A stretch of DNA of 59,253 nt, the filler included, from Candidatus Coatesbacteria bacterium (GTDB lineage Bacteria; JAFGND01): NCBI GenBank assembly GCA_016927185.1. It is 3 parts of 3 records of this genome, joined end to end, with 100 filler letters (N's around TTAATTAATTAA, not from the genome) between each part and the next. Parts side by side here need not be neighbours in the genome. Positions count along the whole stretch, not along the records: positions 31,394 to 48,527 come from JAFGND010000048.1; positions 48,628 to 59,253 come from JAFGND010000054.1; 1 more part is not named here. One strand, given 5' to 3'. The notes beneath the pieces are model-generated. The model was not told where the DNA came from and searched no databases. It worked only from the letters and a program-made list of their open reading frames with translations. Shown one piece after another: positions 47,295 to 55,831 of the stretch (the first letter of the stretch is position 1; every line of letters starts with the position of its first letter). The translations under genes were made by a program, and so were the position numbers.

Positions 47295-48527
47295 TTATAC
47301 ATATTTAACGAATCTCAAAGCCTTGAAGCACATCTTTAACAGCCAGATTCCGTTTTCTATTCTCTTATTGATTTTTGTTTCACCATAAGTTCTGTCTCTG
47401 TAATGAATTGGAAGGTCAATAATCTTCAGATGGAGGTTTGCTGCCCCGAAAAGAAGCTCGAAATCCCCGAACTTGTCGAAATCTCCCCAGAATTTCCTGA
47501 AATACTTCAATCTCTCATAATCTCTCCTGAAAAGAACTTTTGTTCCACAGAGAGTATCTTTGACTCTCTGACCAAGCAGGAAAGTGAAAGCATAACCAAA
47601 GAACTTGTTTGCAATTATGTTGGCTGCACGCATTGCCTGGCTTTCCATTGGATAGATAAGCCTGCTCCCATTAACAAATTCTGCATAACCCTTGTAAATC
47701 GGTTCAAGAAAACTCGGGATTTCCTCAGGAGCAACAGTCAGATCCGCATCCAGAATCAAGACTATATCACCTTTTGCATTATCAAAGCCAACCCAGTCAC
47801 TCTGGGCTTTTCCCTTTTGAGGTCCCATGAAAAGCTTTATGTCTTTTTCAGGATATGCATCTATAACTCTTTTTATCTCATCTGCAGTTCCGTCAGGTGA
47901 ATAATCATCAACGAAGATGATTTCAGTATGAGATCCAAGCTCAGACAGTCTTGTCACTGCAGGTTCAACGTTCCCCTTCTCATTCATGCAGGGAATTATG
48001 ACACTTACTGAAAACTTTTCATTGCTTCTATCCTTCACCATCCTTGCAACTGTAACCTCAAGGAAATTAAAAGGTTGCATGCACGGGAATCTTCCGAAGA
48101 ATTTATTCACTACGGAAGACAGAAGTGGAACATGAAAAGGCATAAGCAATGCTCTGTGTGTTTTAATTGATTGAAATCCAGTAAGATATAACAGATTATC
48201 CAGGTCATTGGCTGACACCCAGTTACCAGAAGGGTGTTCAAGTTTCAATTTCAGGGATTCTGTTATTGATGCTATAGGTTCCCATAAATAATTATAGGTG
48301 ATACATATAATTCTTGTTTTGTCTGTACATACTTTTCTGAGATTTTCGAAAAAGCCCTGCAAATCAAGTATAATTTCAGCAGCATTAATCATGAATATGT
48401 AATCAAATGTCTCATCAATATTTATCTCCTCAGGCTCCTGCAGAAGAAAAGTAAGTTCAGGATATTGCTCCTTTGCCAGTCCTATTGAAGTAGGTCTGTT
48501 ATCTATACCAACTCCATAAGCTGGTTC
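47295..48527 (-). CDS. Class I SAM methyltransferase-like domain + GT2 (DPM1-like) glycosyltransferase, 5'-truncated by the contig end
   Basis: Frame stays open to the gap (EPAYGVGID...AKEQYP...ETFDYI); GT2 motifs VIIPCMNE, VDD.S.DGT, ILDADL, DTLCGTK, GDFELLFGA, Y.DRTYGETK. Confidence 0.85.
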   Translation of the reverse strand, partial: EPAYGVGIDNRPTSIGLAKEQYPELTFLLQEPEEINIDETFDYIFMINAAEIILDLQGFFENLRKVCTDKTRIICITYNYLWEPIASITESLKLKLEHPSGNWVSANDLDNLLYLTGFQSIKTHRALLMPFHVPLLSSVVNKFFGRFPCMQPFNFLEVTVARMVKDRSNEKFSVSVIIPCMNEKGNVEPAVTRLSELGSHTEIIFVDDYSPDGTADEIKRVIDAYPEKDIKLFMGPQKGKAQSDWVGFDNAKGDIVLILDADLTVAPEEIPSFLEPIYKGYAEFVNGSRLIYPMESQAMRAANIIANKFFGYAFTFLLGQRVKDTLCGTKVLFRRDYERLKYFRKFWGDFDKFGDFELLFGAANLHLKIIDLPIHYRDRTYGETKINKRIENGIWLLKMCFKALRFVKYV

Positions 48528-48627
48528 NNNNNNNNNNNNNNNNNNNNNNNNNNNNNNNNNNNNNNNNNNNNTTAATTAATTAANNNNNNNNNNNNNNNNN
48601 NNNNNNNNNNNNNNNNNNNNNNNNNNN
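48528..48627. other. Artificial contig-joining spacer
   Basis: N44-TTAATTAATTAA-N44, identical to 31294-31393. Confidence 0.97.
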
Positions 48628-48873
48628 AGTATATAACGTACTATCTGCAGAGATTACAGCTGATACATCTTGAAAATAATATGGATTTCCTAAATTATTC
48701 TTTTTACTCTCTTTTCCAACAGTCTTAAACCTATATTCCCACAAAAAATTAGGATCCCTGGGACCTATTAATGGAGATAATCCATCCTGCCTGTAATTGC
48801 TTCTCCAATCTGACCAGAAATGTTCTCCATAAAGTACCGAAAATCCCACCAAAATCATTATAAAGATACGCAT
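48628..48873 (-). CDS. 5' fragment of a secreted (probable PQQ-like beta-propeller) protein, cut by the contig end
   Basis: AAGGAGCATAGA-ATG; MRIFIMILVGFSVLYGEHFWSDWRSNYRQDGLSPLIGPRDPNFLWE...; paralog of 31087-31293. Confidence 0.72.
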
Positions 48874-48893
48874 TCTATGCTCCTTTGCTATCG

Positions 48894-50444
48894 CTACCTT
48901 ATCTTCACCACCCTCTTGCATTCCTTCCCAGACTTCACAATATAAACTCCCTCTCTCCATTTGCTGGTGTCAATAGAGTGTTTGCCTTGGGGAAGGTTCA
49001 TGATTAGCTGACCTGTAAGGGAATAGACTGCTCCTGAGGATGGAAGAGAAATCGTAAGTCTGTCAGTGAATGGATTGGGATTGGCGGAAAAAGATTTGGC
49101 TGGAATATATGATGCTGATTTGTTATCTTTGAAACCATATCTCTCTGCTATTGTAAATGTGCTGTCACTTGTATCAGTTGCATTACCTTTTACATCATCT
49201 ATTCTTACAAGACAGTCTTCTGAAGGAGTGTCTGGAATTGTCCATGAATATTTTCCTTCATTAGCTGACATCTTTACTATCTCTGTCCATAAACTTCCAC
49301 CATCTGAGGTAAACTTTACAGAAACAGTATCAACATTCAATGATGTCCATGTAATATCATGAACAGAGCTAACATCCCATTCTTCTCCTCCATTGGGAGA
49401 TGATACAGAAATAAAAGCAGAATCTATTGTCTCTATTGCGTACAGGTAAGTATCATCACTACCAATATATACTACATTATTTTTAACACATGGAGATGAA
49501 CTTACCCTATTACCTGTCATATATTTCCAGATCAAATCCCCATTAGATCTGTTTATTGCATAGACGTAATAATCATTACTACCAACGTATACAATCCCAG
49601 CTGAAATACAAGGAGAGGAGAAAATTCTTCCACCTGTCTGATATCTCCATATAAGAGTTCCATCTGAGCAGTTTATTGCATAGAGATAGTAATCATTACT
49701 CCCGACATATACAACTCCGTCAGAAACGCAAGGAGAAGAGTTAACAGTACTACCTGTCTTGTATCTCCATTTAAGAGTTCCGGTTGATTTGTCTATTGCA
49801 TAAAGATAATCATCATTACTTCCAATATAAACTGTACTTTCTGAGATAAAAGGGGAAGACCAGATGTCATAATCTGTTTCATATTTCCATTTAAGAGTTC
49901 CATCTGAGCAGTTTATTGCATAGAGGAAGTGATCAAAGCTACCTACATAAACAATTTCATCTGAAATACAAGGAGAGGAGAAAATACAATCATTTGTCTT
50001 ATATCTCCATTTAAGAGACCCCGATGAGCAGTATATTGCATAAAGATAATTATCATAGCTTCCTACATAGACAACTCCATCAGAAATATAAGGAGTAGAA
50101 TTAACTTCACTTCCAGTTCCATATCTCCATTTTAGAGCCCCATCCAAACTATTTATTGCATAAAGATAATAATCCCAACTTCCTACAAAAATAGTCTCAT
50201 CTTCGAAATCAGGAGAGGAATCAATTGCATAATTTGTTTTATATCTCCATTTAAGAGTCCCATCTGAGCAGTTTATTGCATATAGATAGTAATCCCTACT
50301 TCCTACAAAAACAACCACGTCTGATACGCAAGGAGAGGAGCTAACAAACATCTCTGTTTTATATCTCCATAACAACTCACCGGGTGCTGAAAAAAGCAGA
50401 CTGGATAATGATATCAGAATTATGATGATTATAAGCTTTCTCAT
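48894..50444 (-). CDS. Secreted 8-blade PQQ/BamB-like beta-propeller + PNGGE Ig-like domain + T9SS type A-like C-terminal domain
   Basis: Signal peptide; eight exact 40-aa repeats; SPNGGE...WTIPDTPS domain; tail ANPNPFT...YSLTGQ.I...W.EGVYIVK......VVK. Confidence 0.9.
   Translation of the reverse strand: MRKLIIIIILISLSSLLFSAPGELLWRYKTEMFVSSSPCVSDVVVFVGSRDYYLYAINCSDGTLKWRYKTNYAIDSSPDFEDETIFVGSWDYYLYAINSLDGALKWRYGTGSEVNSTPYISDGVVYVGSYDNYLYAIYCSSGSLKWRYKTNDCIFSSPCISDEIVYVGSFDHFLYAINCSDGTLKWKYETDYDIWSSPFISESTVYIGSNDDYLYAIDKSTGTLKWRYKTGSTVNSSPCVSDGVVYVGSNDYYLYAINCSDGTLIWRYQTGGRIFSSPCISAGIVYVGSNDYYVYAINRSNGDLIWKYMTGNRVSSSPCVKNNVVYIGSDDTYLYAIETIDSAFISVSSPNGGEEWDVSSVHDITWTSLNVDTVSVKFTSDGGSLWTEIVKMSANEGKYSWTIPDTPSEDCLVRIDDVKGNATDTSDSTFTIAERYGFKDNKSASYIPAKSFSANPNPFTDRLTISLPSSGAVYSLTGQLIMNLPQGKHSIDTSKWREGVYIVKSGKECKRVVKIR
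49435..50370. repeat. Eight tandem 120-bp coding repeats (propeller blades)
   Basis: Period of exactly 120 nt, with recurring ATATCTCCAT, GTTTATTGCATA and AGGAGAGGA at constant phase. Confidence 0.92.
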
Positions 50445-50586
50445 AATAGCCTCCCTACTATAACCATGGTCTTCCCTTTCATATATATTTCACTTTAAAA
50501 ATTGGCAGGATTTATAGTCAAGGATTTTCCAAGAATTTTCTAATGGAAGTTAAGACTGATTTATCTTAATAGTTTCTGAAGCTGAT

Positions 50587-50739
50587 TTAACTTGAAGAAT
50601 CAGCACAAACCATCGTTATTTTCCCTCTTCCCAAAAATTCCTCTCTGCAACCTTCATAATCTTTAGCATAATACATATAATCTTCACAGCTGAGTGCAGT
50701 TTTTTCGAATACATATTCAGAAATTATTACTGGCTTCAT
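50587..50739 (-). CDS. Small Cys/Tyr-rich peptide, candidate RiPP precursor (below the ORF-track cutoff)
   Basis: Hand translation: MKPVIISEYVFEKTALSCEDYMYYAKDYEGCREEFLGRGKITMVCADSSS*. In-frame upstream codons give EKKKQY. AAGGAG at 50757-50762. Confidence 0.6.
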   Translation of the reverse strand: MKPVIISEYVFEKTALSCEDYMYYAKDYEGCREEFLGRGKITMVCADSSS

Positions 50740-50790
50740 ATATTGTTTCTTTTTTTCTCCTTCAATTATGAGAATCTGTAAATGCTCTTG

Positions 50791-51108
50791 TTAATCAATC
50801 AGTCCTTTGTCTATAAGTTTCTTGAGCAGAGAATATATATCATGTTTGTCTCCCTGCTTTCTTATTCCGATTGCTATAATATAAACCAAGACTTCTTCGT
50901 TTTCAATCTTATAGATTATCCTGTATCTTTCGTCAGAAACATGAATGCTTCTGAAGCCCTTAAGTTCTCCCAGAAGTGCTTTCCCCCGAAGATCGGGATT
51001 TTCCTTGAGTCCTTCAATTCTTTTCTTTATCTGTCCTGAAATTCTCTTTTCCTTGATTTTTTTAATTGAGTTGAAGGCAGTATTTGTTAAAAGAATTCTA
51101 TAACTCAA
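50791..51108 (-). CDS. Type II toxin, RelE/ParE family
   Basis: Y.I.L...A...IKKI, L.ENP...GK.L.GEL.GFRS.....YRIIY.I......V.IIAIG.R. Confidence 0.9.
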   Translation of the reverse strand: MSYRILLTNTAFNSIKKIKEKRISGQIKKRIEGLKENPDLRGKALLGELKGFRSIHVSDERYRIIYKIENEEVLVYIIAIGIRKQGDKHDIYSLLKKLIDKGLID

Positions 51109-51370
51109 TTTGCTTCACTGCTTCTTCCCAGGAAATCATTTTTTTGTTCTTCAAGTCCCTAATTCCTGCTTTCAACATATTCATCATTTCAGGATCACCC
51201 ATTATATCTATTGTTTCCACCAATGCCTCATACAGTTCATATGGAATTAGAACCATTACAGGCTTTCCTCTTCTTGTTACCTCAATTGTGCCATCAGATC
51301 CCATAACACCTGGAAGAGAAGTTAGGAGTTTTCTTGCTTCAACCATACTCATCTGCTTGATTGTTCTCAT
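51098..51370 (-). CDS. Type II antitoxin, Phd/YefM family
   Basis: S..EAR..L..L, I.VTRRGKPV.VL..YE.YE.L.ET..IM.DP; overlaps the toxin start. Confidence 0.92.
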   Translation of the reverse strand: MRTIKQMSMVEARKLLTSLPGVMGSDGTIEVTRRGKPVMVLIPYELYEALVETIDIMGDPEMMNMLKAGIRDLKNKKMISWEEAVKQIEL

Positions 51371-51386
51371 ATCACCTGCCTTTAAT

Positions 51387-51426
51387 ATTACATTTAACTG
51401 TACATATATATTATAAGTTTGTCAAG
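51387..51426 (-). promoter_or_regulatory. TA operon promoter with YefM-type operator
   Basis: TTGACA-N17-TACAGT on the minus strand. Palindrome TGTACA (51399-51404) overlaps the -10; a degenerate ATTACA lies 12 bp away (51387-51392). Confidence 0.55.
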
Positions 51427-51564
51427 TGAAAAATAAAAGTGAGGTAATCTAGCCCCTATAAATGCCAGATTTAATGAAGATATCTTTATTTTCTTCTTTC
51501 ATGACAAATTTCAAGGGACCTGTTTATTCATATTTTATAGGGCAAGTATCCCATGAATGAATAT

Positions 51565-52377
51565 CTAGTAATGAACTAGTGTTCCTTCCTTCTTTGCATA
51601 TTTGACTGCATAAGAGAAGGAGATAAGCCCCAGCGGAAGGAGAATTACAAGGAATATGGTAAGCACGCTTAGCTCAGGCAATATATCCTGAAATGTTGCC
51701 CTTACAAGCAATGCCTTCCTGAAGCCTTCTATTCCGTATGTTATTGGCAGGATCTTTGAAAAAGGCTGCAACCACAAGGGAAGTACTGCAATTGGATAGA
51801 AAACTCCCCCAAGTAAACCTGAACTTGCTCCCATAAGAAAATCGAGGGGATTCCCTTCCTTGAAAATGAGTATGAAGCTTGCACTTATCATTCCTATTCC
51901 CATGAATGAAAGCAATGTAACAAGAAGTATCAGAAGCCCTGCCAGTAATCCCTCAAGAGAGAAATTCAAATTCATTCCGAACAGGAAATAGCCTGTTAAT
52001 ACGTAAACAAGAACCCTGAAACTTGTGAATCCGAAGTTCCAGAGTGCTGATGAGAAAATTATCAAAGAGAGCGGAGTTCTTGTTACAAGCATTGCCTCAA
52101 GTGTTCCCTGAAGCTGCTCTCTTCTTATAATGCCGGCAAGGGATGACAGACCAACTCCCAGAAAGCTGTTGAATGCCATGCCTACAATTGCGAATGCGAA
52201 ATAATCACCTCTGTATTTTGTCAGGTATTGTGCTGCACCAGTTCCAACCACTTTTGAAATGAAGAAGAAGGTTGCAACTCCGAAGAAAATTCCGAAGAAC
52301 TGTCCGACAAATCCCATTTTGTAGGAAACTGCTTGAAGAGCATCTCTTTTTATGAATGCCCATATCTTACTCAACAT
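51565..52377 (-). CDS. ABC-2 type exporter permease
   Basis: Six TM helices; AF.KRD...SY, E...GTLE.MLVT, G.FYP..VLP.WLQ.....LPITY; AGGAG RBS before ATG 52377. Confidence 0.9.
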   Translation of the reverse strand: MLSKIWAFIKRDALQAVSYKMGFVGQFFGIFFGVATFFFISKVVGTGAAQYLTKYRGDYFAFAIVGMAFNSFLGVGLSSLAGIIRREQLQGTLEAMLVTRTPLSLIIFSSALWNFGFTSFRVLVYVLTGYFLFGMNLNFSLEGLLAGLLILLVTLLSFMGIGMISASFILIFKEGNPLDFLMGASSGLLGGVFYPIAVLPLWLQPFSKILPITYGIEGFRKALLVRATFQDILPELSVLTIFLVILLPLGLISFSYAVKYAKKEGTLVHY

Positions 52378-53347
52378 TTTTCTTCTCCTTGACAAGCCCT
52401 GAAAAAATCTCTTCAAGAGAGAGTGTCTTCTTCTCCATCTCGCATTCAGGAAGCCATTTTGTAATGTCCTTCAGAATGGGGATTATCTCTTCCTCACTCC
52501 CTGCAAACCATTTAAGCAATGGTGGATCCTTCTGGTAGGACGTATTTTCAGGAAGCCTTTCAATGTCATTGCTGTCAAGTTCCTTCTTGAACTTGAATGT
52601 CAACTCAATCCTGCCTCCAAGCCTTGAAGACAGTTCTTTCACGCTTCCCTCTGCAATAAGCTTTCCCTTGTTTATTATTGCAACCTTGTCACTCAATTCC
52701 TCTGCTTCATAAAGATTATGAGTTGCAAGAATTACTGTTTTTCCCTGTTTCTTTATAAGGTCTTCTGTCATGAATTGCCTTATCTGGGAAGAAACCAGAG
52801 GATCAAGACTTCTTGTTGGCTCATCCATTATTATTATTTCAGGCTCATGAAGCAATCCCCTTGCAATGGCAAGCTTCTGTCTCATTCCCGTGGAATATGT
52901 CTGGAACTGTCTGTCAGCTGCTTCAAGCATGCCAAGCATTTCCAGATTCCTGTTTATCCTTTCTCCAAGCTGCCTTCTGTTTATTCCTTGAAGCGAGCCA
53001 TAAAATTCCAGATTCTGCCTTCCAGTAAGCCTCCAGTAAAAGCTTCTTTCATCTGACTGGACAAGACCAATTGCAGCTCTTATCGCAGCTCCATCCTTGT
53101 AAATGGAGAAATTGTTCACGAAAACCTCACCGAAATCAGGCAGTATGAGTGTAGAAACTATCTTGAGAAGTGTAGTTTTACCAGCACCATTTGGACCAAG
53201 CAGAGAATACAGTTTCCCCTTTTCAATGTGACCAGTAATTCCAAGCAATGCCTCAACTTTCTCTCTCCTTCTGAATGGATGCAGTACAGTTTCCTTCAAG
53301 GTTTTTGCCTTGTGGAATGTCTTTTTTACGTTTTCGAACCTTATCAT
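52367..53347 (-). CDS. ABC exporter ATP-binding protein
   Basis: GPNGAGKTT, ERSFYWRLTGRQNL, YSTGMRQKL, MDEPT, ATH. Confidence 0.93.
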   Translation of the reverse strand: MIRFENVKKTFHKAKTLKETVLHPFRRREKVEALLGITGHIEKGKLYSLLGPNGAGKTTLLKIVSTLILPDFGEVFVNNFSIYKDGAAIRAAIGLVQSDERSFYWRLTGRQNLEFYGSLQGINRRQLGERINRNLEMLGMLEAADRQFQTYSTGMRQKLAIARGLLHEPEIIIMDEPTRSLDPLVSSQIRQFMTEDLIKKQGKTVILATHNLYEAEELSDKVAIINKGKLIAEGSVKELSSRLGGRIELTFKFKKELDSNDIERLPENTSYQKDPPLLKWFAGSEEEIIPILKDITKWLPECEMEKKTLSLEEIFSGLVKEKKNVE

Positions 53348-54441
53348 TTGAGTATTCTCAGCAATTCCTTTCTTATTATTAGATCTGACTCAGGGAGATT
53401 AATATTCCCCATTCTCTTTCTCATATCTTCCAATATTTTCGTATCTCTTTTTATTTCAAGAAGATATCCCTTCAGATCACCAGGCTTTAACCAGCCATCC
53501 ACTATTCCATTTTTCTTCAGGAAGTGAACATTGCCTTCCTCGTGACCAGGAATTGGTGGAAGAAGTACAAGAGGTGTTTTTATTGTCAATGCCTCAGTTA
53601 TTGTTACTCCACCTGGCTTGGTTATGTAAAAATCACATGCCTCTATGTAATCTGCTGAATTCTCTATCATTGGCAGAATAATTACATTACTTCCATCATT
53701 ATCCTTACTCAGTTTTTTATACAGCTTCTTGTTTGAACCGCAGAAGACAACAACTTTTATTTCAAGCTCTTCAAGAAGTCTTGTTACCTTTGCAAGAGGT
53801 CCTAATCCAAGTCCACCACCTCCGACAAGTGCATAAAGGCTATCTTCTTGCATTCCAAGGGATTTCCGAAGAAGTAATTTTCCAACTGGATTTCTGAATC
53901 GTGGAGATACAGGAATTCCACTAACTACACAGTTTCTGAAATCCCTCTTCTCGAATTCCTCTTTAATTTCTTCAGTTGAAACAAATGCAAGTGGCTGTGC
54001 AGGATGAAGCCAGTGGCTGTGAAATTCATAATTCATTACAAGAGTTGCCCACTTGTATTTTTCGGGAAGAAATGAGCATACTGCTGCAGGAACAGGATGC
54101 GTTGGGATTGCAAGATCTATTTTTTCCTTATCCAACAAAGGTATCAGGTATTTCTCAGCCCTTTTCCTGTAGGACGCAGCAAATTGACCAGACCATTTCT
54201 GTTTCTCTCTTTCCTTCCTGTAGAGGTTCCTGTATAATTGTGGGAAGTGACGCAATATGAAGAGATAGATGGACTTTATTATGCTGCTTGTGGTTTTCCC
54301 GAGATACTGCTCTGCTGAAATAATTGTGCAGTCAGCTTCGTCCTGCATCGAACTGGCAATCACCCTCGATACGCTCAAATGCGCCCTTCCATAAGGCACA
54401 CTCAGGAATGCTATTCTTTTCTTAGCAGAATTGCCTTCCAA
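53344..54441 (-). CDS. MGDG synthase/UgtP-like glycosyltransferase
   Basis: YGRAH, THP.P, H..W, SGIPV, GGGLGLG, TKPGG.T.TEA, PIPGHE.GN. Confidence 0.82.
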   Translation of the reverse strand: MEGNSAKKRIAFLSVPYGRAHLSVSRVIASSMQDEADCTIISAEQYLGKTTSSIIKSIYLFILRHFPQLYRNLYRKEREKQKWSGQFAASYRKRAEKYLIPLLDKEKIDLAIPTHPVPAAVCSFLPEKYKWATLVMNYEFHSHWLHPAQPLAFVSTEEIKEEFEKRDFRNCVVSGIPVSPRFRNPVGKLLLRKSLGMQEDSLYALVGGGGLGLGPLAKVTRLLEELEIKVVVFCGSNKKLYKKLSKDNDGSNVIILPMIENSADYIEACDFYITKPGGVTITEALTIKTPLVLLPPIPGHEEGNVHFLKKNGIVDGWLKPGDLKGYLLEIKRDTKILEDMRKRMGNINLPESDLIIRKELLRILK

Positions 54442-55709
54442 TAATCCATCCTCTCCTTGATTTTCTTCTCTACTCCGCTGTCAGCAGGTACATAATATAT
54501 CCCTGGTTCCATGTTTTCAGGAAAATGCTGCTGGTTTACGATACCCTCATCTATATGGGGAGCATATTGATAGCCTTCCCCGTATCCAAGATTCTTCATA
54601 AGTCCAGTCGGGGCATTCCTTATCACTTTCGGAACAGGCAGCTCGCTTGTCTCCTGAGCATGAGTAGTAGCCTTTGACCATGCTTCATAAGTCCTGTTGC
54701 TCTTTGGAGCGGAACCAAGGTAAATTACTGTCATGGCAAGAGCAATATCACCTTCCGGACTTCCAAGAAACCTGTATGTCTCAAGAGAATTAATTGCTAT
54801 CTGAAGAGCATTAGGATCAGCAAGACCTATGTCCTCTATTGCAAAACGTATAAGTCTCCTTAGAACATAAAGCGGACTTTCTCCTGAGATTATCATTCTT
54901 GCACACCAGTATAATGAAGCCTGCACATCGCTGTCCCTCAATGACTTATGAAGGGCTGATATCTGGTTGTAATGCTCCTCCCTGTCCTTGTCATAAACAG
55001 CTGTCTTTCTTGACATTGCCTGCTGGACATGAGAAATTTCTATATTCTTGTTGCCGAACAATGAAAGAACAGTTTCAATCTGCCGCAATGCTATCCTTGC
55101 ATCACCAGAAGATAAATCAGCAATGTACTTCTTTACTTCATCCTTGAATGAATATTCCTGCTTGAGTATTTTCAAGGCTCTGTCAATTATCTGCATAATC
55201 TCGGAAGGATTCAGCTGTTCAAGCACGTAAATCTGTACTCTTGAAATCAAAGCCCTGTTCAGGTAAAAGCTTGGGTTTTCTGTAGTTGCACCGATGAAAG
55301 TTATGGTGCCATTCTCTATATGCGGGAGAAAGGCATCCTGCTGAGTCTTGTTGAAATGATGTATCTCATCAACAAACAATATGGTTCCCTTGCCCTGACG
55401 ATTAAGATATTTGGCTTTTTCTATTACAAGTTTCACATCTTTTATTCCACTTGAAACAGCAGAAAAAGCCTCCCAGTTCTTTGATGAATACCTTGAAATT
55501 ATATATGCAATAGTTGTCTTGCCGCATCCGGGAGGTCCCCATAGAACACACGAAGGAACATTATCTTCCTCTATCTGCTTTTTCAATACCCCTTCAGCAC
55601 CTAACAGATGATCCTGCCCGACTACTTCGGAAAGAAGTTTGGGTCTTATTCTTGCTGCAAGAGGAAGGTCTTCCCTTGACTTGCCTTCAAACAAATCTGG
55701 TGCATTCAT
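54411..55709 (-). CDS. rarA: Replication-associated recombination protein A (MgsA)
   Basis: PLAARIRP, WGPPGCGKTT, DEIHHFNKTQQD, GATTENPSF, SALHKS.R, EDIGLADP, RNAPT.LMK.LGYG. Confidence 0.95.
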   Translation of the reverse strand: MNAPDLFEGKSREDLPLAARIRPKLLSEVVGQDHLLGAEGVLKKQIEEDNVPSCVLWGPPGCGKTTIAYIISRYSSKNWEAFSAVSSGIKDVKLVIEKAKYLNRQGKGTILFVDEIHHFNKTQQDAFLPHIENGTITFIGATTENPSFYLNRALISRVQIYVLEQLNPSEIMQIIDRALKILKQEYSFKDEVKKYIADLSSGDARIALRQIETVLSLFGNKNIEISHVQQAMSRKTAVYDKDREEHYNQISALHKSLRDSDVQASLYWCARMIISGESPLYVLRRLIRFAIEDIGLADPNALQIAINSLETYRFLGSPEGDIALAMTVIYLGSAPKSNRTYEAWSKATTHAQETSELPVPKVIRNAPTGLMKNLGYGEGYQYAPHIDEGIVNQQHFPENMEPGIYYVPADSGVEKKIKERMDYWKAILLRKE

Positions 55710-55831
55710 GCAGGAAAGAGGGAGATAGAGAGTTTTTTTGGTCAAGCATAAAGCTTATTGCAGAAGTCAACTGCTTGCCTGAAAGCATCTTCATGAACAA
55801 GTTATTTCTCAATCCTGAAAAACAAGTCTTT

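Noticed and set aside
48874-48960. N-terminal extension of the 48580-48960 ORF
   Set aside because: It overlaps the upstream gene's tail. The RBS and the paralog at 31087 fix the start at 48873.
49435-50370. CRISPR-like array (regular repeats with variable segments)
   Set aside because: The period is 120 nt, in frame within a protein-coding gene, with degenerate repeats and no cas genes.
50587-51108. Read-through fusion of RelE with the downstream peptide (same frame)
   Set aside because: The toxin ends at a normal family length with TAA. Sharing a frame is a 1-in-3 coincidence.
51454-51542. MITE-like element bounded by CCCTATAAA / TTTATAGGG
   Set aside because: Only a 9-bp inverted repeat, no clear target-site duplication and no second copy in the window.
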